64,000 bases of DNA, from assembly GCA_002269645.1 (NCBI GenBank), contig NIVC01000650.1, forward strand, positions 186,001-250,000, in the 5' to 3' direction. The notes under the pieces are model-generated. The model did not search any database. It was given only the letters and a program-made list of their open reading frames with translations, and was not told the DNA's origin. The position numbers were made by a program, and so were the translations under genes. Positions 57,681 through 64,000 of this stretch are shown here, piece after piece; position 1 is the stretch's first letter; the number at the start of each line of letters is the position of its first letter. The DNA is from Macrostomum lignano. Its lineage: Eukaryota.

Positions 57681-60600
57681 TTTTCTTGCCTTTTTTCAAT
57701 TCCTTTTGCCCTATTTTCTGTCTTCTAAAAGCAATATTTGTTAGCACATCGAGTTACATTGTTTGCACAGTTGAACAATGAGACTGGAATTTAACTGACT
57801 GCCATCTCTACAGCATATCTTCAAATCAGTTTTTTATTTATTCAAACAGCCAACTTAGGCAATTTTTAAGAAACAACTTTAAGAATTTATAAGTGTGTCC
57901 TGCAGAAGCCAGGTTCTGATTTAGTGCATAGGCTCAAGCTATATGCATACGAGTATAAACCATGCATACTTAACAGCTGTGATCGATCCGCGCAAATCCC
58001 CTGAGAAACAGGAGACTGCATGCCACTCGGCAGCTCTCGCCTCTCTCTCTCGCTCCACCTTTCCCAGCCTCTGGTGCCTGCTGCAGCACTGGTTTAACCA
58101 ATAGCAGTTGTTGAAGATTCAACTTGCAAAAATCTTTAGTCATGCGCGACAGTCCACGTGGATGTGTAGCTGCTACACATGCATATACGCATATATATAC
58201 AAGCAGTATGTAAATACGCGGGATCTGCAGCAGGCAGGTGCAGAGGCCGCTTCCCCCGCCTGGCTTCAGCTCCCCAATCTTCCCAATTGCCCCTTTTCTG
58301 CTGCTATAAGCAAGATGAAGCACAGAGAGAAGAGGCAGCCCAGGAGACGGTTTATACAGCAGGCAATTGTCAGCAGGCGTTCAGACACGGGCAAGGGCGA
58401 AAGAATTGACACGGAATTTGGAAAAGTGCTTTTTAGGGCAGCAGGAAAATAGATTGGAGTGTGCGGTAGCAAAGTGCCGGAGACTGCGTGGTCCTTGTGC
58501 ACCCGCTTGAAATGCCTGCTCATTCAATATTCTGCGCGCTCTTCTGCCAGACGGCTTGAGAATTGCAATTTAGCCGGCTGCTGGCAACAATGGGAACTTC
58601 TTCCCAGGCGCGGGTAATGGGCCATGGCTGCGTGAGCTGAGCTCTGATACTTGATGAAGTTGGCGGCTTGGATGTCACGCCAGAAAGAAGAAGTTTGCGA
58701 TGGCAAGCCCCACTGTAATATCCGCTGGAGAGGGGAGGTGAGGGTACAGCTAAAGCAGCCGGTCGTTATAAGATGTGTGCTTTCACTGGAGACTGGAGCT
58801 TTCTATGCTAAACGCTTTTTTGTCTGAGAAGTTGCACAAAAATCGGACAAAACTCTGTCGAGAAAGACTCGCCTACAGGGTCAAGCGGCAATCACGTCTG
58901 ACTGTCGCGGCTGGACATCTGGTTCGATTCAAACATTAGTATGGGGACTTGGGCACGAGAATATTGGAGGAGAGGTTTTTCGTGCGATTCACACCAATCA
59001 TGCAGGGCCGATTTCCAAGGCACAGAGAGAGAGAGTGTACATGCCTGATGATTAAAAAGTCAGGACAGCTGTGAGTGCATGAGTGCCGTCTGCGTACAGT
59101 ATGGGCGCGCTTGTATGCGCTTGTATGTTGAGACCATGTCGTCGAAGGCCTTGGGCCAGGGTGACCACAGACCTATCACATAATCAACCACCAGGTACGA
59201 AACACATGTTCGTTTAATTTACCGTAAAATTCAGACGTTTATAACAAAACTACAATGTTAAGGCCTAAAAAGACCGAAAGTTGAACGAATTGCAAATGAA
59301 GTGTCCCTTCTAGTTTAGTTGTCCATGAGGCGGGTGGGAAAGGGAGATAGATGGGAGAATTCTCCCAGGGCCTCCATCTGAGCAAGGCGACCGAAGACCG
59401 AAGTCGCATGAAGTATGTGAAGGCAGTTTGCAGTTGCCGGATATTCAATCAGCCAATGCTCGAAATTTGCCTGTTGCTACGACCGCGCCTGCGTCTCGGC
59501 TGGGAGGAAACCAATTTTCGGGCGAAGGTGGCTGAGCACCAACTCGCGTTTGTCCCCGTTAATGAAGAGAGATGAAGGCGGGGGGCTCTATGGGGTGAGA
59601 GAAGTAACCAGAACGTATACACGCATTGGTGAGTATGGCCTTGAGAGACCCGAGAGAGAGTTAGAGAGGCCTGTGTTGCAACAACGGCAAGAGTGCGTGT
59701 GCATAGTTTGCCAAATATTTACTCAACGAATTTGAGTAAGCGCCGCGCAAGTTTGAAAGGCTTTGATTGGCCTTACGGGAACACGACGCGTGGTTCCGGT
59801 GCCAATTTAATGCATCAGTGGCTGAGATTCAACGCACAGTTTCATTTCTTTTCATATGCTGACCAACTCCATTTGCCAATTGATTTTCAGCCTTTTGACT
59901 GTGACTTTCAGTTACCTAGTAGTATTGGTCACTGCCCCAAATCGAGGCGGGGCGCTTCGCAAGCTCGAATTTTCAATAGGTCGAAACTTCACATCATCGA
60001 AAGGTCTTGCTGGCCACTTCATGAGCTTGAAACTTCACAAGCTCTCAAGACTGAACATCCTCGAAGAAATCCTAGTCCTAGGATAGACTCCGATGATTCA
60101 TTGTGAATCCCTTCATCGATTCCAACAATATCTATATTCATTGTCGTATAGTTTCTCATTGAAAAGTACAGCTGGTGATTTTACGTGAGAAAAAGTCTGC
60201 CGATACCTTCACATTGTATAGCGATGGCCCTGTCACACAGGAAGTCAGCGGCAGAGGCAAACAGACCGAACAGGGAGGAGGGGTAAGCCAGAAAAAGAGA
60301 GATCAAGACAAAAGGCACTGGGTGGTGGGCGTCTCTGCTCTGGCACGATATTGTTTATGGTATCATATAAGTCGTAAATATGGACTGTGAATGTGAGCCA
60401 GATTCTGGGACTCAACCGTCAGCGGCCGGGAAAATCGCCCTCCCCTAACTCCCCGCAGCGACAGAAATCGACAGGGGGAGGCGCGAGCGCATGGGTGGCT
60501 GAAGCGGCGTGAGGGCTGGGGAGATGCTGGAGGGGATAAAAAATCAAATTTGCTGGCTTGGGAGAGTCGTGCAGCCTAAGCTTCTCGCATCCCCTGTCAT

Positions 60601-60683
60601 ATTTGGTCTCCGGCAGCAATTTTTCTCACATTGTTCAGTCTGGCATGGCAACTGCAGTGAGCCGAGCTTATCTTAACTCTGCA

Positions 60684-61430
<747 letters not shown>

Positions 61431-62984
61431 GCTAGCTAGGCATTGGCACAGTTATTTAAATTTCTGGCACTGTTTTTCCTAAAATTATTCAACAATTGTG
61501 ACCTTTTTCTATCGTAGTTGCACTTTTCAAATCTAATCCATTTAACTTCAGCCCCTAAGGGAAACTAAATCCCCTTCAGAATCGCCTGTCAATTTCAATT
61601 GTCCACTGCAGACTTTACTACAGGGTCGCATTGTGGGTTGCAGGTCAACGCTTCCATTCTCTACTTAATGTTCTTACTATTGACTGGAAACGTGAACGAC
61701 GAAATCCCCAGACTTAAGCCGGCGCAGAGTTCAGTCCAGATTGACGGCCGAATTATTTGCAGAGAACTTTCTTTTGAACAGCTTGGCCACAACACGGAGG
61801 CAACTTTCCTGATGCTGTTTCTAAAGAATAGGATTGGTTATTTTGGTGCATAAGCTGGGCTTGCGCATTGTGCTGCTCTATCGCAGATTGCAATCGTTAG
61901 ACATAGGGACAAAGCCATTAATTTCCTCAGTCTCTTTGTCTGTCTGTCTCTATGCTACCTCTCGGGCACAGCCTTCATCCCCAGCTTCGTTGGGAATTGG
62001 GACTGAGTCGGGGCCGACCACGCCCCCACCCCCTCATCCGGGAGGCAGCGCGCGTATCGTTTGACGCGAGATAGCTATAGGCGAGCTGTCATTATTTTAG
62101 CTCGCGCACAAGCCATAAAATATCTGTCAGATCGGTAACTCTAGCCCAGCTTAGCTAATGATATACATGTGCAGAACAATTGCGATTATGTAAAAGTGGA
62201 AGGCGTACTCTTCGTTAAGCTGTTACATTTTTTTATACATTTTCATTTATGTCCTGAAGTGTAATGGAAATTTAATGCTTCGCTCAATAATTGTGGCGTG
62301 GAAAATTAATGAGAACATAATGGCAACATTCAGGGTGTACAAGGTTAGTACAATGGGATAACGGGGCAGGTGAACAGAAATATGCTGTAAATATGCCTCA
62401 ATAGCATGTAAATTGGTTAATATTACTTTGTATACTTCCGAATCTAATAAATTAGGGTACAACAATAACCCCAGTCTAAGCTTGTACACATAGTAGCAAC
62501 CCTTAATAATATTAATTGTGGGGGCATAATGACGCTATATAATCAGAGGCACTTATTGCACAGCTTTCGGCATCAATCAGGATAAATAAATACTCCGAAG
62601 GATAGGCTTACCCAAGCGGTAGAACGAGTCCTCTGTCATACTATAGAACTCAATGAGGCGATTCCTATAGCTTATCCCAAACAGCTGGCGTGACTGCGCC
62701 TGACCCGGCCTCTGCTATTCGACCTGGCTTAGGCCACGAGCCACGAGCGTGCTAGCTATAGCTGAAGGCCTATGTAGCCTAGCAACTAAGCTCATGAATA
62801 TTTAATTAGGCATACGCGACGGGAAGTTTGCAGGAAGATGGAGGCAGCTAAATGACAGCCCACTTCAGAATGAGTAGCTTGAATTAACGTAATACTTATT
62901 ACTGTAGAAGCTACCTATAATAACATGTATCCGCGATCATTGGCGCCTAAAAATCGATAGCACAAGTGATTGAAAATCGATAGT

Positions 62985-64000
62985 AATTGTGTCTGAAATC
63001 GATAATATTAGTGATTGAAATCGATAATATTAGTGATTGAAATCGATAATATTAGTGATTGAAATCGATAATATTAGTGATTGAAATCGATAATATTAGT
63101 GATTGAAAGCGATAATATTAGTGATTGAAATCGATAATATTAGTGATTGAAATCGATAATATTAGTGATTGAAATCGATAATATTAGTGATTGAAATCGA
63201 TAATATTAGTGATTGAAATCGATAATATTAGTGATTGAAAGCGATAATATTAGTGATTGAAAGCGATAATATTAGTGATTGAAATCGATAATATTAGTGA
63301 TTGAAATCGATAATATTAGTGATTGAAATCGATAATATTAGTGATTGAAATCGATAATATTAGTGATTGAAATCGATAATATTAGTGATTGAAATCGATA
63401 ATATTAGTGATTGAAATCGATAATATTAGTGATTGAAATCGATAATATTAGTGATTGAAATCGATAATATTAGTGATTGAAATCGATAATATTAGTGATT
63501 GAAAGCGATAATATTAGTGATTGAAATCGATAATATTAGTGATTGAAATCGATAATATTAGTGATTGAAAGCGATAATATTAGTGATTGAAAGCGATAAT
63601 ATTAGTGATTGAAATCGATAATATTAGTGATTGAAATCGATAATATTAGTGATTGAAATCGATAATATTAGTGATTGAAATCGATAATATTAGTGATTGA
63701 AATCGATAGTAATTGTGTCTGAAATCGATAATATTAGTGATTGAAAGCGATAATATTAGTGATTGAAATCGATAATATTAGTGATTGAAATCGATAATAT
63801 TAGTGATTGAAATCGATAATATTAGTGATTGAAAGCGATAATATTAGTGATTGAAATCGATAATATTAGTGATTGAAATCGATAATATTAGTGATTGAAA
63901 TCGATAATATTAGTGATTGAAATCGATAATATTAGTGATTGAAAGCGATAATATTAGTGATTGAAAGCGATAATATTAGTGATTGAAAGCGATAATATTA
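62985..64000. repeat. 22-bp satellite (GATTGAAATCGATAATATTAGT), running off the window end
   Basis: More than 45 copies. Confidence 0.97.

Noticed and set aside
59900-60030. Minus-strand MKWPARPF...APPRFG segment as upstream exon of the 58724 exon
   Set aside because: The donor phase would select a different frame and the product has no signal peptide or known motif.

Overview
Animal genomic DNA, not prokaryotic. AT-rich intergenic DNA, GC3-rich exons and a different minisatellite in almost every long intron suggest a Macrostomum-like free-living flatworm (inference, not established). I can reconstruct eight protein-coding genes, five of them by splicing exons that the ORF track does not join: a LITAF-like gene; an unrecognised two-exon secreted peptide precursor; an intronless divergent class A GPCR; two tail-to-tail SLC13 (NaDC/Indy-type) transporters sharing an almost identical 1,619-bp tract; LSM14; a DMAC2/ATP5S-like gene; and an unrecognised 97-aa protein with a ubiquitin-like pattern. 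Mobile DNA comprises an internally deleted Ty3/gypsy element, a near-intact IR/DR Tc1 (DD34E) element, a 3.3-kb hAT element with an intron-containing dead transposase, several hAT-type MITEs with 8-bp TSDs, tRNA-derived SINEs and a minimal hammerhead-like motif of the Penelope type. About 15 tandem arrays account for most long ORFs in the track. The best leads are the orphan prepropeptide next to the DRY-less GPCR, the ubiquitin-like protein ending in VG-Q, the sharply bounded homogenisation of the SLC13 pair, and a possible LSM14-DMAC2 operon.
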